Shown: positions 11,857 to 25,309 of the stretch, piece after piece
Layout of the letters: each line of letters opens with the position of its first letter
How positions within the stretch are numbered: the stretch's first letter is position 1
NCBI GenBank assembly: GCA_050084515.1
Contig: CM114271.1
Coordinates: 5,270,001 to 5,334,000 of the forward strand
Origin: Blasia pusilla
Taxonomy: Eukaryota
DNA length: 64,000 nucleotides
Reading direction: 5' to 3'
Notes under the pieces: model-generated
Told to the model about the DNA's origin: nothing
The model's input: the letters and a program-made list of their open reading frames with translations, nothing else
The model's database searches: none
Translations under genes and position numbers: made by a program

Positions 11857-14504
11857 CTATGAAATCCCTCGTCTTTTTCTATACTCTTCACGGCTCAGTA
11901 AACCTGCTTCAGCTTTTGTCCAGTCCTCTGGTCTGGGCATTATGATGGCAATGAAACCCTCTGTATCTGGCTGCAATCAGTCCAAATGATAATGTCAGCC
12001 AATGTGTCAAATGGCATTGTTTTAAGTCCTGACACTCATTATTTCTCTCGCTTTCATTACATACGTCCTCCTCGACAAATTTCAAACTACCTTCACAATT
12101 CTCAAAATGGCAATGGTTACATTTCACATTTCATATCATCCAACACATTGCCCTGACACGCCAAGGCCTTGCCTAAAGCCAGGCAAGCCGTACCCGTTAA
12201 CCAGGTAGTAAACAATCATTGATTCCTACTATGATGTGACAGGGCATTGTACTCATTCTCTCCATCTACACTCACCTCATTCCTTGCAGTGACCATTGAG
12301 GAATACACTGGTTCAGAAGGGTTCGTTACACAATCCATATAAATAAGTTAACTTAAAAGGAATGCAAGAGTAAATGCACCACGACGTATTACCCCCAATT
12401 CCCTCCAAGCCTTGCCTCATTTTCCCTCCAGACATTTTTCACTCCTGAACACCCATACAAACGGTGATTTGCAACCTATCTGCCCCCCGTTGCTTATAAC
12501 TTGCACCTACCAGTGAAAGAATGAGTTGAGGATCTTTAATCAGCCGCTCGTTGACCTCCAGAAGTGTGCCTCTCACACAGCACCTGATAAAAGTAGACTT
12601 CCAAAACTCCATCAGAGATAAAGAAAATGACTTCAGAGAGAGGGAAAGAAGGGCCATCGGGAAAAAAAAAAACACGATACTTCCCATATCCAGGTGAATC
12701 TCATTTTAATTAAAGCGAGCTCACAAGCAGATAGGCAAGAACAACTCAAACCTGATCAAGAAGAAGGTCTCCCCTGCCAACACTTTACAGAGAACAGAAT
12801 TACTCTCCAACACTCGAGCATTCTGATCTTCAACCAAACATCTGTCAGCATATTGTGATGGAAGTAAACACTAGTCAACCTCAACCCTAAAGTTTTTTCA
12901 TAGCTCACACCTGAGGTCAGTCACTTAACTCACTCAAGTCTATCACTGCCTGATCCCTAAGTCAGCATATTAACAGAAGTATGTATCATTCTCCAAGTAG
13001 GAGCTTCATCATGAAGCAAACATCGTTGACAAAATAGACAAGATTGACATTCCGAAATTCATCACCTTTTTCCGCTTTCCCACAGCCTTTATATCTGCTC
13101 GATTCTGTTTGCCAACATTAAAATCCACACCAGTGACCGCTGAATCGGTCATAAATGCTGCATGAGATGGTGCCAACCCTACAACACAAAGTCTGATGTT
13201 GGTGTCAAGAAACAAAGTGAGTTCAGAAATGACAACGTGCATGTGCAGTCAGAGAGGTGAAAGTGAGACAGAATTGACAGAGTATCATATGCGCATGAAA
13301 GGCTGCAAGTGAATTCATTTTCAGAGAAATCTGAGTTGAGCTCTGAAACTTTGAGGTTCTTCCAACGAGAAATTAGGAGATGGCACAGACTTAAAAGTGT
13401 CGTAAATAGCAGTAGCCAACTCCACGGAATAAAATGACACATGAGAATATTCCATGTTCAATACCTGTAGCATCAAAGTCAGCTCACTAAACTCAACAGA
13501 ACATCGTCAGAAGAGTGCAGATAAGACGTACCCATTTGCATGTCTGAAAATGTATTGATCGTGGTACTCTTTGCCGACATCTGCATACGGCCATCAAAGA
13601 CGCCTACACTCATCAACCCGCAAGAGCATTCCCAACTCCCCAAGGCTGTAGCCTCGTCATCACAGCCTTCTTTCAGCTTCGCTTACAACTTGGGGTGATA
13701 AAGAACAGGGACACCTTCCTGTACATGAAATCTAGGATTCGCATTGGAGGTTTCAATCCATAGGAAAGGGCAATCGTAAGCAACTTCTGGGGCATCTCCT
13801 GTACATGAAGCCTAGGATTTGAATTGAAAGTGCAGTAGTAGGGAATTGAGTGGCACTTCTTGCCGATAATACCATGGGGGTCCAGACTGGAGGCCTCAAT
13901 GCATAGGAACGGGTAGTTGTATGGAAAACATCAGTGGCACTTTCTGTACACGAAACCAAGGGTTTTGGATTGGAGATTTCAATGTGTAGGCACGGGAAAA
14001 CGTAGGAAATTTCAGTGGCACTTACTAACATAAAAGCTAGGGTTCGGAATGGAGGATTCAGTTGCACAAACAGGCAATTTTAGGGCAATTTAGTGCCATT
14101 TCCTGTGCATTAAGCGTTGGATTCGGACGGAGGTCCAGCTGCACAGGAACGGGAGCTGGTAGGCGATTTCAGGGGAAATTTCCGTGCAGGACATCTACGG
14201 TTCGGATCGGAGAAGAATTCCAAGAGAAAGAGAGGGCGTACGCACCGACTGCAAAGTAGTGGGCGTAGTTGCATTCGTTCGCAGGAGGAGGACGAGGCGG
14301 CAATTCGTGGGCCGAAGGAAAGAGATCCAGTGGAAGACACTCCAAGGCTTCACAAATTCCAGAAACCTCAAGGTCTGGATTCATCTCCACCTCCATTCTG
14401 TCCTTCTCCTTCACCTCAGATTCACCAATTTCGTTCGTCTCGACGTCTGCAATCGGTTCCTCCATCTCATCCGTGCTCGATCCGTCTCCTATTTTCAATT
14501 CCAT
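11857..14504 (-). CDS. Abitram/Simiate (FAM206A)-like single-hybrid-motif protein; exons 14246-14504, 13532-13580, 13066-13192, 12752-12822, 12511-12583, 11857-11970
   Basis: All GT-AG phases fit. The spliced product reads ..HYFAV DVGKEYHDQYIFRHANG LCVVGLAPSH..VDFNVGKQNR..GKRKK NARVLESNSVLCKV..RCCVRGTLLEVNERL..PDTEGFIAIIMPRPEDW..*, matching FAM206A family motifs. Confidence 0.9.
13705..14215. repeat. Degenerate ~80-bp tandem repeat (about 7 units) in intron 1 of the Abitram-like gene
   Basis: GTGGCAC/GGCAT..CTGTACA..AGG(A/G)TT..TGGAG blocks at about 13710, 13790, 13850, 13934, 14015, 14093 and 14172. Confidence 0.65.
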
Positions 14505-17500
14505 GTTCGCATCGGCCCTTATCTCACTCCTTTCTCTGCCTCTGAAGCAACCCTCAAAACCTAAAACCCTACAGTTGTGCTAGCAAACGATCAATGTCCA
14601 CAACCCTAAACCTGTGTGGATTCACTACGTGCTGACATCTGTACTCTCATTGAAGGAAGGGGATTATTAGAGGGGTTGCTAAAGACTCCTAAGGGGGAAA
14701 ACATGACATGAAGGACCGGAACCCATAGGATGTAGAAGGAGGTGAAAGGATAGGAGGGTCTCAAGGGCCTTAAGAGGCTCTTAAGGCCAGGACCCATGGG
14801 TTGGAGGTTGCCACTTTTTCTGCGCTCAGAACTTTTGGGCGCAGAAGTTGTAGGGCGTCCTCACGACCCTCAAAAATACATATTTGGCGGTTATTGCGAA
14901 TAACGGTTGTGTTTTCTTGGATTGTCATTCGGAAAACTAATTTGGGTGCAGAAATGAGGTCGCCGCAACCTCTATAGCCATGCATGGGACTCGGCCCTTG
15001 GAGCCTGAGCTTATGGACAGAGGGTAAGGTGATGTATTTTTTGGGCCCAAAATGATTTTCCATTGGACAATGTAGCGAAAAGATCCGATCCTTGGTAATT
15101 ACTCTCGGTCCCCGGTTAGATGAGGTCGTCACGACGCTGGGTCATTTATGTGCCCAAAAGTTCTGGGCATAGAAAAATTGGCGACCTTCTATGGTCGCAG
15201 TGACCCAACACCCATGGGATCAAGCGTTCACGGCCGGATCCCATTGACAATCGCGCAGATCATCGTGACCTACTTTTTCGGCCCAAAAAATTTTCATTCA
15301 AACGAATTCAAACGGTAAGATATTTTCTTTCAAACGGAAAATGAAAGAAAACATCTTACCATCGCACAATAAGAGTAGAGACCGTAGTAACAATCCGATT
15401 TTCCAATTGAAAGGGTCATGATGACCTTAGACATTTCCTACGTTTAAAAGTTTAGGATGTAGGAATTTCAGCGATTGGTAGGAAATTGAATGACATTATG
15501 GCCATAGGATCCAGCCCTTAGAGCCAGATCCCATGGATACTCGAGACCGCGAGGGTCCCAAAAACAGAGTTCGCACACCATACGAGAAATGGATACTAAT
15601 GAAATTCATCCGAAACATGACTTTTTAAGGTTGCAGAGTTGTGACCAAAAAACATCACTACCATGGGGGATTGCGAGGAAGCTATGGTTTCAAGTGCCCA
15701 TTGGAGTCGGCTTTTAAGAGCCTAGTCCCATGAGAGACAAAGATCACGAGGATTCTGAATTCGTTTGAAATTTGCAATCTAATAGAGCATGGGATGTAGC
15801 ATGGAAGTCCCAACTTCTCAATCAAACAATTCTAGATAGCCACAAGAAAAATAGCCTCAAGGAGCAATTCATTTAGGGCATGCAGAATTTCCATCTCAAC
15901 TTATGGGTTTTAGAAACGTGTAAGTTCACAAATATACAGTTAATATAAGACTCCAATTGTGCAAAATGGTAAATATTCACAACGAAATCTGCACCTTAGG
16001 ACTTTTTCTTAAAATGCAAAACGAAATCTTGTTAGGAAGGAACTAGCTAAGAATGGGTAATTTAAATTACCCAATGTCACTGAGTACTAACTTGGAAATT
16101 GACCCATTAACTTAAATGACCTCTAAAATTAACCCCAAGTCATCTAAGGACCAGTTCAATAACATGAAAATTTGCACGGCTCTCTATAGAGTCAGAACTC
16201 AGAGCCTTTATGGCTCCGAGTTTCTAGAACTCCAGAAACCCCGGACCCCCCTGCCCCGCCTACCCACCCGCCATTCCCCCTACCCACCCGCTATTCCCCC
16301 TACCTATCCACTACCCTGAGTCGGTCGAAGAGTTTTCTCCGGCCTTCTTATAAATATCCGCCCTCCGGTTCGGATGTGGGAGCAGTAATGCAGTGACGGA
16401 TATTTATCTCGCCACATCCATATCCATGCTCCATATGACTGCATGGGAGGCATGGGAATTTCCATGCCTATCATCCCCACATACCTGCATTCGATGTGTC
16501 ACGAACAGGAGCCAATGCCTTGTTTTGCTCACTTAGTTAGGCATATAAGCACTTTGGGGCTCTGACACGTCTGCGGATCCACCAATAAGGATGTAGTACG
16601 ATGAGGAAGTTGATCCACCACATCAAATATCTAACCAATTACCTGACTTCAAACGTAGACGGAGGAGATTGCCCCTTTGCAGTTTGTTGTGATCCGACGA
16701 TACACATGAGAGGACACACATGACAGGACAAAATGCCTGCCAACATTGAGTCCTTTGTACACTCCCATTATACGATGTTAATGTCATAATGCCTTCCAAC
16801 GTTGAGTCCTTTGTACACTCCCATTATACGACGTTAATATGTTGTCGTATTGGAACATTGCGATTTCGGGCTTGTGTAGGTTTAGGGTTTAGTTTCACAT
16901 GTTAGCCCGTGTGTTAGTCCGTGTGTTAGCCCATGTGTTAGCCCGTGTGCTAGTCCCTTCCGGTGAGGCGGTCGTGTGTTAATCCCTTGCGGTTCTCTGG
17001 AGCTCTAATCGTGTTGGAATAGCAACCGAGTATCCATCCACATTCGGATGGTGAATGTTTTGAACTGAAATTGCTCCGTGTAGTAAGAATTTTCACAAAC
17101 TTTCATTGCAGAGGGGTAGGAGTTCGATTGGAGTTGTTGAAGACACACTTCTCCGGGTACACGGAGGGATTTGTATTGTGTGGCGTTGGTGCGACCGTGT
17201 TTGGTCCCTTTGCTTCTAGAGGAGGTAATTTATTGTCCGTCCCTACCTTTTCCAAGAAATCCGTCTGTTTCAATTGAGTGAATGGCTACTCGAAAGCGTA
17301 TATTCCTTCAGTTCTTCACTACAATCATCTATTCGCTTTTATCGTAGGTTCTTAGCAAGGGGCAGTGGCTTTCTTATTCGAATGTACTTGTTTATTGTGA
17401 CTCTTTATTGTTTACTATTTGCTTGGTGACTTTTTACTGTTTACTGTTCCTTATGACTTTTTGTTGGGTCATTCCCGTAATGCCTTCTATTATTGCCCCA

Positions 17501-18389
17501 TAATGCCTTCTCTTATCGCTCACAGCAAAGATACTTATAGATCTAAGAGATTTCCCTCATTGATGCAAATCATTCTATGTGAGCCGAAGGATGATGTTCT
17601 TTCTCCGGGATGAAAGATCTTAATTCTCAAATCCAGGTCATGCTCATAAATTATAGCTCAGAACTCTGTGTAGCAATAGAAACGCAAGCCGCTCTACTAC
17701 CAATTGTGTAGATGAAATTCTCAGTCACCCCGATCTTGCTCCGATTAAAGAGGCACGTGAATCCAAGATCAATATTGGCATCTTGTTGATCTTGTAATAA
17801 TTTTGCTTGCTGTGCATTGTTCTGAAGTACCCTTTTCAGTTCAGTTCGTAACATCTACACTTGCTCCTGCCACTTGAATGTGTGTTGTGATGCCATCTGC
17901 AACTGCGACCATACTTGATTAGCCCCAAATTTGAGGTTAGTAGCCAAGCGGGATTGGTAGATTCATAATTTGCTTCTGCTATGCTACTCTGAGGGCCCGC
18001 AAGAAGCTGTTCATTGAGATCTGCAATCTCCTGATCTTTCAGTTGCATCTTCCTTTGTAGCTCTTCGTTGTTATGAGGAGCCTTTGTTGCGCTTTGAGCC
18101 CGCTCTGTCAAGTTACTAAGACCTGACAGATACCAAGCCCAATCTCGCTGCAGCATTTCTTGGAATGCGAGGAAGAATATCTGACTATAACGTTTCACTG
18201 ACGAGTTTTGAATGAAACACGGAGCACCCTGCAGACTTCTAGTAGACGATGTGTAATCATCAAACTTATACGTACATAAAACAAGCTTCAGAATGCAGGC
18301 ACGTGGAAGTGACAAAGTCATCAGAATTGCCGTGTTCCCAATCAGCAAGAAGAAAACTAGATAAAAGTCATTGCAGAAGCATGCAAAGA

Positions 18390-19100
18390 AGACCGTGTCC
18401 ACGCAACATACACACCTTCAACATGCCGAGGACGCGCACCACTGTTTCTTTCATTAGAGTACGTTTCATGTCACAGAAGTATATGAGACAAAGAGTTTCA
18501 GATATAACTCGACGTCCTCACAATCAAAAATTTCCACCAGATGCGGATATGTTCGTTCTTCGCTTTGACCACCTATCCGGCAGTTTAGCGACAAAAAATC
18601 TACTATTGGCAACCATCATGTGCTTGTGCACACATACTTGTCAGTTGCACCCGTCCTTCTTGCTCAACGTCAACTTAAGGTCGCTTGAGGCAACATCATT
18701 AAACTGGTTTCTTGGTGGAACCTCCTAAAATTCCGCTTACTTTCTCTTGGAGCGACGGTTGTGGCCCCGGCAATGCAAGATGATGGAAGTGAGTTGAGGG
18801 GACCTTCTTTGGCGTGCACTAGAAGGGGCTTGGGGAGAACCTCTTGCTCGTGAGCCATCATTTCGAATAGTGTCAGAGATGGGGTCGACTTGGCTCTGTC
18901 TATATGTGGCGAGCTACCGATGTTCGAAGTGCAGCCATTGAGTTTGCTATAGGAGAAATACGAAGGCTGAGGCATGATGGTTGCGCCCTCCGTAGACAAT
19001 TGCTCCACAAGAGGAGATACCTTATCCGGCGACAGGCGAGGATGAAAAGGCGAAGTAGGATGAAGCTCTAATCCCTCAGCTAAGCTCGTGAATTTCTTCG
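18390..19100 (-). pseudogene. Captured or pseudogenised fragment of a plant BTB/POZ protein (At2g13690/At3g05675-like)
   Basis: RLSPDKVSPL..TLFEMMAHEQE..(frameshift) [56 protein letters not shown]; contains stops and frameshifts and is 3'-truncated. Confidence 0.75.
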
Positions 19101-19231
19101 AGATTAGCCCGCTTGACGTTTTCTAAGACCTGACAAATACCAAGCCCAATCTTCCTGCAGCATTTCCTCGCCTCATCTTTCAAGAATGCTTGCTCGAATC
19201 GCTAAACCTTGCTCCCCGCCCCGACTGCCAA

Positions 19232-19567
19232 TCGACTCGATCCTCCACTCGAACCTCTCTCTCTCTCTCTCCGTAGAATTAATTTTGTATTGAGGTCACC
19301 TCCGAATTGGATGCCTGGTCACAAATTTGGCTCGATCCTCCACCCAAACCTCTCTCTCTCTCTCCGTAGAATTAATTCTATATCGAGGTCACCTCCGAAT
19401 TGGATGCCATGTCACGAATTCGGCTCAATCCTCCACCCGAACCTCTCTCTCTCTCCGTAGAATTAATTCTGTATCGAGGTCACCTCCGATTGGATCTTTC
19501 ACGGTCGGCTCGATCCTCCACCCAAACCCCTCTCTCTCTCCTCCACCTCTCTCTCTCTCTCTCTCTC

Positions 19568-19646
<79 letters not shown>

Positions 19647-19900
19647 GAATTAATTTTGTATCGAGGTCACCTCCGAATTAGATGCCATGTCACGAATTCG
19701 GCTCGATCCTCCACCCGAACCTCTCTTTCTCTCTCTCCATAGAATTAGTTCTGTATCGAGATCACCTCTGAATTGGATGTCAGGTCGCGAATTTGGCTCG
19801 ATCCTCCACCCGAACCTCTCTCTCTCTCTCTCTCTCTCCGTAGAATTAATTATGTATCCAGGTCACCTCCAAATTGGATGCTAGGTCGCAAATTCGGCCT
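19232..19900. repeat. Tandem repeat of ~75-90 bp with a variable (CT)n tract in each unit
   Basis: About 6-7 copies of CTCGATCCTCCACCCGAACC(TC)nCGTAGAATTAATTCTGTATCGAGGTCACCTCCGAATTGGATG. Confidence 0.9.
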
Positions 19901-20903
19901 GCAATCAACACTCAGGCGTGATCGATGCGGACTTGTTGCGGAGCTACACAACGACTTGACTCAAAGCACTACGACCACAAATTAGCTAAACGATGCAGCT
20001 CCCGATAGGATTTCTGGATCTGTCTTAGTCGACGACGGAACACGTACGAGTGTTCGGAATTCGACGTCGCACGAAAGATGTGTTTGCCTGCGCGCGTGAA
20101 GCAGGAGGGGAGAGAAGCGAGTCCAAGCGTGCTCCAGGCTCCTGCCCTCAGCCGCTAGAGCTTATGAACCTATTCTCAAAAGGTGGTCCCTGGGAGGGCC
20201 CGCAAGGTGGCTGCGATTAGGAGCTACTGGGAAAAACTAAGGAATTTGCAATGTGCCATAGCGACCACTCACTTTCTAATGTGTCGATAAATTGTTCTAT
20301 TTCGAGATAGATTGTCGGTAGACATCTTGGTCATGGCCACCACGGTTAATCTGAGATGTACAAACAAATGTGCATGCACTCATGACTAGAGAGCGCTAGC
20401 TTTGATGCGGGACAGCCAAGCTCGCGGTGTTCACCCACTTTTGTGGAAGCACATGTCCAAGCGAGGGTCGCTCTGTGGCGTGGAACGACCCCGAAGGTTT
20501 CACCTTTACAAAGCTCTCTGTCTGATTTTTCACGAACTTTCATTGCTAGAGGGGTAGGAGGGGTATAAGATTAGGAAATATTCAAGTAAATTGCAGATCA
20601 AATGGCATTTTGTCTTGTTAAAACCTTGGATGCATTAGCTAAGCATGAGCCTTTGAAGGCATGCCCTCCACTCGGAATGCATTCCATCCACTTGGAAGGC
20701 ATTCCTCCTATTATGAAAACTATCTCTCCCTCTCTCTGCTTACTGATATATCAGATTATAAAGCATTCAAGAAACCCGTAGATCAGAAGGCATGCAGAGC
20801 CAATTTAAACCCCCAAAGAATCTAACCAAGCCTCAGCCTTGGAAGTGTATATAGATAGGAGACCAACCACACTATATGTAGGAGATAGTTACCAAAGCCA
20901 AAG

Positions 20904-20907
<4 letters not shown>

Positions 20908-20999
<92 letters not shown>
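20908..20999. repeat. (CT)n microsatellite
   Basis: About 90 bp of pure CT dinucleotide. Confidence 0.95.
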
Positions 21000-21002
<3 letters not shown>

Positions 21003-21059
21003 AGTAAATAAAATTTTTGTTTTGTTTTGAATTCAATGTGTCTCAAGAGTGATCTCTCC

Positions 21060-23512
21060 ATGGCTACTTCAAATCCATATATGTCTCGAGTTGTGTGTGG
21101 TGTTGCTTTGGGGGAGAACACATATTGGAGATACTTGCATGATGGCACCAAGTGGATTTGCTTGGTTTGTAACCGCATATTCTCTACCAAAAACAAGACA
21201 AAGTGTAACCAACACTTGATTAAAAAGCATCCAAGCCTCGAACAATGCTACTTAGTTCCATTGGAACATGCGGGTAGGCCTCCTATTGACCCTAGAAAGG
21301 GCCGTAAGAGGCAGATTAGTGATTCCCAAAGAGAGAAAGAGAAGTTGAAGAAATCTGGTGATGCAACTAAGCGAGAGGAAAAAATGAGAAGGGAGAAATT
21401 ATATCGATTGCGCTAATTTCATTCAGAAAGATGGTTAGCAATTAAGGACCGTCCTAAGATCCCTCATTTGGGAAAGAAGCCACCCTTGTTAGCTTTGATG
21501 GAGTGTAATCTCCAACATTGCTTTGACATTGATAATTGGGACGAGCTCTTAAATAGCAAGAAGTATGGGCATTGTCTTGTGAAAGTTCGTGAGTGTCAAA
21601 CAAGAAATGGCATGATGGAGATGGTTGTGTTGGGATGCTTGGCTGTCATTGAGAAAGCAAGTGAGCCAATGTCTACAGATTTGATTGGGAGGGGCAAGCA
21701 ATACTTTCTGCACTTTCACTTGGTGAAAAACTATGGGGGGTGGTGGAGAAAAAAGGGGGTGTGCACTTGGATTTGCTTCCTTCTGAATATTCTAATGAGA
21801 GAGATCAGCAAGTGAGGGAGACAATTGCTTGGATAGCGAGGAAGAAGCAAAACTTGATGGGATGGATGGAGAGAGATCAAGAAAAATACTCAGATTTCAT
21901 GGCAAAGCAACAATATCAGGAATGGTTGGAGAGGAGGAATCTAGAGAAAGTGAAGGAGGTTTGTGAGGAAAGGGCATGTAGGTATGTGCCCAAAGAGAAG
22001 ATAGATGTAGACCTTCAATGGTCTAGGAAGAGTGGCAATCAATCGGGAGTTGGAGGTAGCTCCAATAACTCCTCTACCTCGTCCACTTCAACTTCAGATA
22101 ACTCTGAACACATTAGTGACTTTGAAGTTTTGCGCCCACAGAGGTCTTCTAGGGTGGTCCTTGATTGTGTTACACTGAGGAGTCCCATTGTGCTTGAGGA
22201 GGTGGGAGAGGACCATGATGTCCATACTGATGTTGAGGAGCCGAGACGAAGAGTGACGCGGACCAGATCCATGGGAGAAACCATTGCATCCGAGGAGACG
22301 TTACCCCGAGTCTTCAAAAGGCTCAAGAAGAGAGTAAGGCATGAGGTTAGTAGAAACTCCCCCAAAATGCCTACAAAGATCCCTACTTCATTGGAGGTAG
22401 ATGAAGATCATGTAGGAGACCCATCAGTGGCACCTACCGTTTGCGTCATGGAAGGCATTCCATCAACTATAAGCATAGATCCTCACATTGATGTGTGTGG
22501 GGTTACAATAGAGAGTGCTTATACCTCACCACAAAGGGAAAATCCAGATTTGAGTTCTTTCAATAATAGTTCATGTCATGGAGATAGAGATTTTGTTGGC
22601 GGAAGTCCTATCTCATACACACGGGTTATTCAAACTCCTGTCTCAACCATCTCCATACAAGGTGGTTTGGATCCCATTCATGTAGGAAATTTGGATGTTG
22701 GGACCATCCCTATGGCAGTGGAGGTTTCCTCTGAAGGTACACCATCTGAAGAACTCCCATGCATTCCACCCACTAATGAACCTGTTGGAGATGACTGTCA
22801 AAATTTGGAAGGCATTCCAACAAATGGATCCCCAATAGGCAGCTTGAAAGAGGATAGTGCAAAGCTCTTGGATCACTTGGGAGAGACAACTTATGTTGCT
22901 GAACTTGGTGACATAGATGTTGGTACATCTGAGTCTTTACATTTTGTGGATTCATTGTGTGAAATTGTGGATAGTGTAAACCATCACATCACAAAGATTC
23001 CTCTTGAGCATGGTTTTATTACACCAGTGAATACACATTCGGATTCTCTTAAGAATTCAAGTATAATAGGTGAGGATTGTGATCCTTATATTGATGGTGT
23101 GAGAGAGGGACCTTCTTCTCGTTACCTTCTTGCTTTGAAAAAGAACCTGTTGAAAGTTGCATCCCCATATGGAGTGAGGAAGAGAAATGTCTCAGTGCAC
23201 GAAGAAGTGGATGATTCTACAAGAGGGGGGCTTTCAACTCAAGTGGAGGATATAGATCCCATATCTGACACCCAGATATTAAGGGATGTAAATGAGGTTA
23301 ATGATGAATGGGCCATACCTCCATCCGTAACCCAAGTAGCGGATGCAGTAGAATACGAGAAGATGGAGGATGAGCTACCAAGTGCATCCCAACTCCATGT
23401 TACTCAGGTCATGGCCGAGACAAACACAAAACTTCTTGTGGATGAAAGTTTGAAAAGGTCTAAGAGCATCCAACGACATACTGGATTCTCTCCCCACCAT
23501 GGAGGAGTGTAG
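21060..23512 (+). pseudogene. Transposon-associated ORF with an N-terminal C2H2-like zinc finger and a long acidic/Ser-rich region (one stop, one frameshift)
   Basis: WICLVCNRIF..CNQHLIKKH. ORFs 21027-21416 and 21468-21815 are in the same frame; a frameshift at the G-run near 21735 leads into the 590-aa ORF. Confidence 0.55.
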
Positions 23513-24696
23513 AGATCTATGCAAGTCAAGATCTGAAGTTCTTGAAGACATGTTGGCTACCCCCCCCACTCGGCGAGCAAAGAAGAAAAACAAATATGGA
23601 AAATCAAATGCAGGGCAGAAACGGAGAAGACATTGAGGTACCATTTGATTCAGTTTTTTCAACTCTTTCAATCATTTAGCATTTTAAGTTTATTACTATT
23701 TTGGATATTATATATGAAATTGGCAGAGCTAGTTATACAAAATTTTAAAGGTGATGAATGGATGTGGTTTTGTGTTCTCAGGTGAAGGTGGATTGCTGGT
23801 TGAGGAGCCACATTCGAATTGTTTTTCTTGTAGTGTAAAAAGTTATCATAGAAGCTTGCAGATGTAGTCATTAGAGAAATGAATGAGGTTGTTTTCTCAA
23901 GAAGAACCTTGTTGTTTGGACATCCAATATGTTCAAAAGAATAACCAGTTCATGATTTTGGCCACAAGGATAGACTATAAATCTGTTTTCTTTTTCCCTT
24001 TTAGATATGGCAGCTTAGTGTAGTCTTTTTTCCTCTTGACAACTTTAGAGTTTGGGCCTATTTTGAAAAGTTGAAAAAAAAAATCTTCCTGTTGTTTTTT
24101 ATGTGGTCCAAATCGCTATACGTTGTGGAAGACACTCATATTGGTGAATACCATAGAGAAGATATGCTTTAAGAGGTTCCTTTATAGGGAAATGTTCACC
24201 TACATATTCTTTTGGGCAACTTTCTTCTTGCTATACACCTATATGTGTGAACAAGTGTCTATGTTTTCATATGTGGCATATGAATACTTGTTATGAGTAT
24301 TTGACAAAGTTTTCACATCTCCAAAGCAAAGAAATAAGTGCATGATATACTTACTTGGCTCTGGTACACAACATTATAAGTGCAAAGATATTTTACCTTG
24401 AACATTAGTACTCAATGAACATAAAAAGAATAGCATGTTCCCTTGTATTGCTCAACCACGGTTGATGGAAGGTATTCCATACTTTATTTGAGTAGATGTG
24501 ACACCAATAAGTCTTCCTTTCATGAACTCTTCCATTATTTCAGTAAGATATTGAGGAAATCCTTTAATTTCTTCTTGCTGTGTCTTCATTTTTACTAGAC
24601 AATATAACACAATGTGTTCTTAAATAAATGGAGATTTCCCTTTGTATGCATATTGGGAGGCATTCTGGAATTCTATCACCTACAAAGAGGGAAATT

Positions 24697-25300
24697 ATGA
24701 CTTAAGTTCTACCATGTGTTTAGTAAGGATGGTGTGTTGCTTTGATCCTTTCTTCCTCCTCCTGTTGGATTTAGAATTATCTGTGTCATAATATAACTTG
24801 CTATTGGGGAGTACTCACTTTCCGTAATTTTATTCCCTTACCTTGTTAATCACTGTGGCCTTTGTGTCCATTACGGAAGGCATTCTAGCAAACACTAAAC
24901 TTCCAAACATTACACAATGACTTAAGTTCTATCATGTGTTTAGTGTGGATGGTGTGTTGCTTTGATCTTTTCTTCCTCCTTCTGTTGGATTTAGAATTAT
25001 CTCTATCATAATATAACTTGCTATTGGGGAGTACTTTTCGTAATTTTATTCTCTTATCATGTTAATCATTGTGGCCTCTGTGCCCATTACGGAAGGCATT
25101 CTAGCAAACAGTAAACTTCCAAACATTAAACAATGACTTAAGTTCTACCACATGTTTAGTATGTATGATATGTTGCTTTGATCCTTTCTTCCTTCTTCTG
25201 TTGGATTCAGAATTATCTCTATCATGATACAACTTGCTATTGGGAAATGCTCACTTTCCATAATTTTTTCTCTTATGGTGTTAATCATTTTGGCCCATGA
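24697..25300. repeat. Tandem triplication of a ~220-bp unit
   Basis: ATGACTTAAGTTCTA..TGTTTAGT at about 24697, 24917 and 25134. Confidence 0.9.
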
Positions 25301-25309
25301 TCAATTACT

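Noticed and set aside
16196-16227. Hairpin AACTCAGAGCC/GGCTCCGAGTT plus CTAG as a Helitron end or TIR of the TE island
   Set aside because: Spacing to CTAG and the following base do not fit, and no matching opposite terminus was found
19232-19900. CRISPR-like repeat/spacer appearance
   Set aside because: The variable parts are just (CT)n tracts, the context is eukaryotic and there are no cas genes
19209-21196. ORFs with LSLSLS / RERERE runs
   Set aside because: Artefacts of (CT)n microsatellites and tandem repeats
21695-21735. J-domain-like HPD motif (LHFHLVKN)
   Set aside because: HPD is not present and the flanking helices are not convincing
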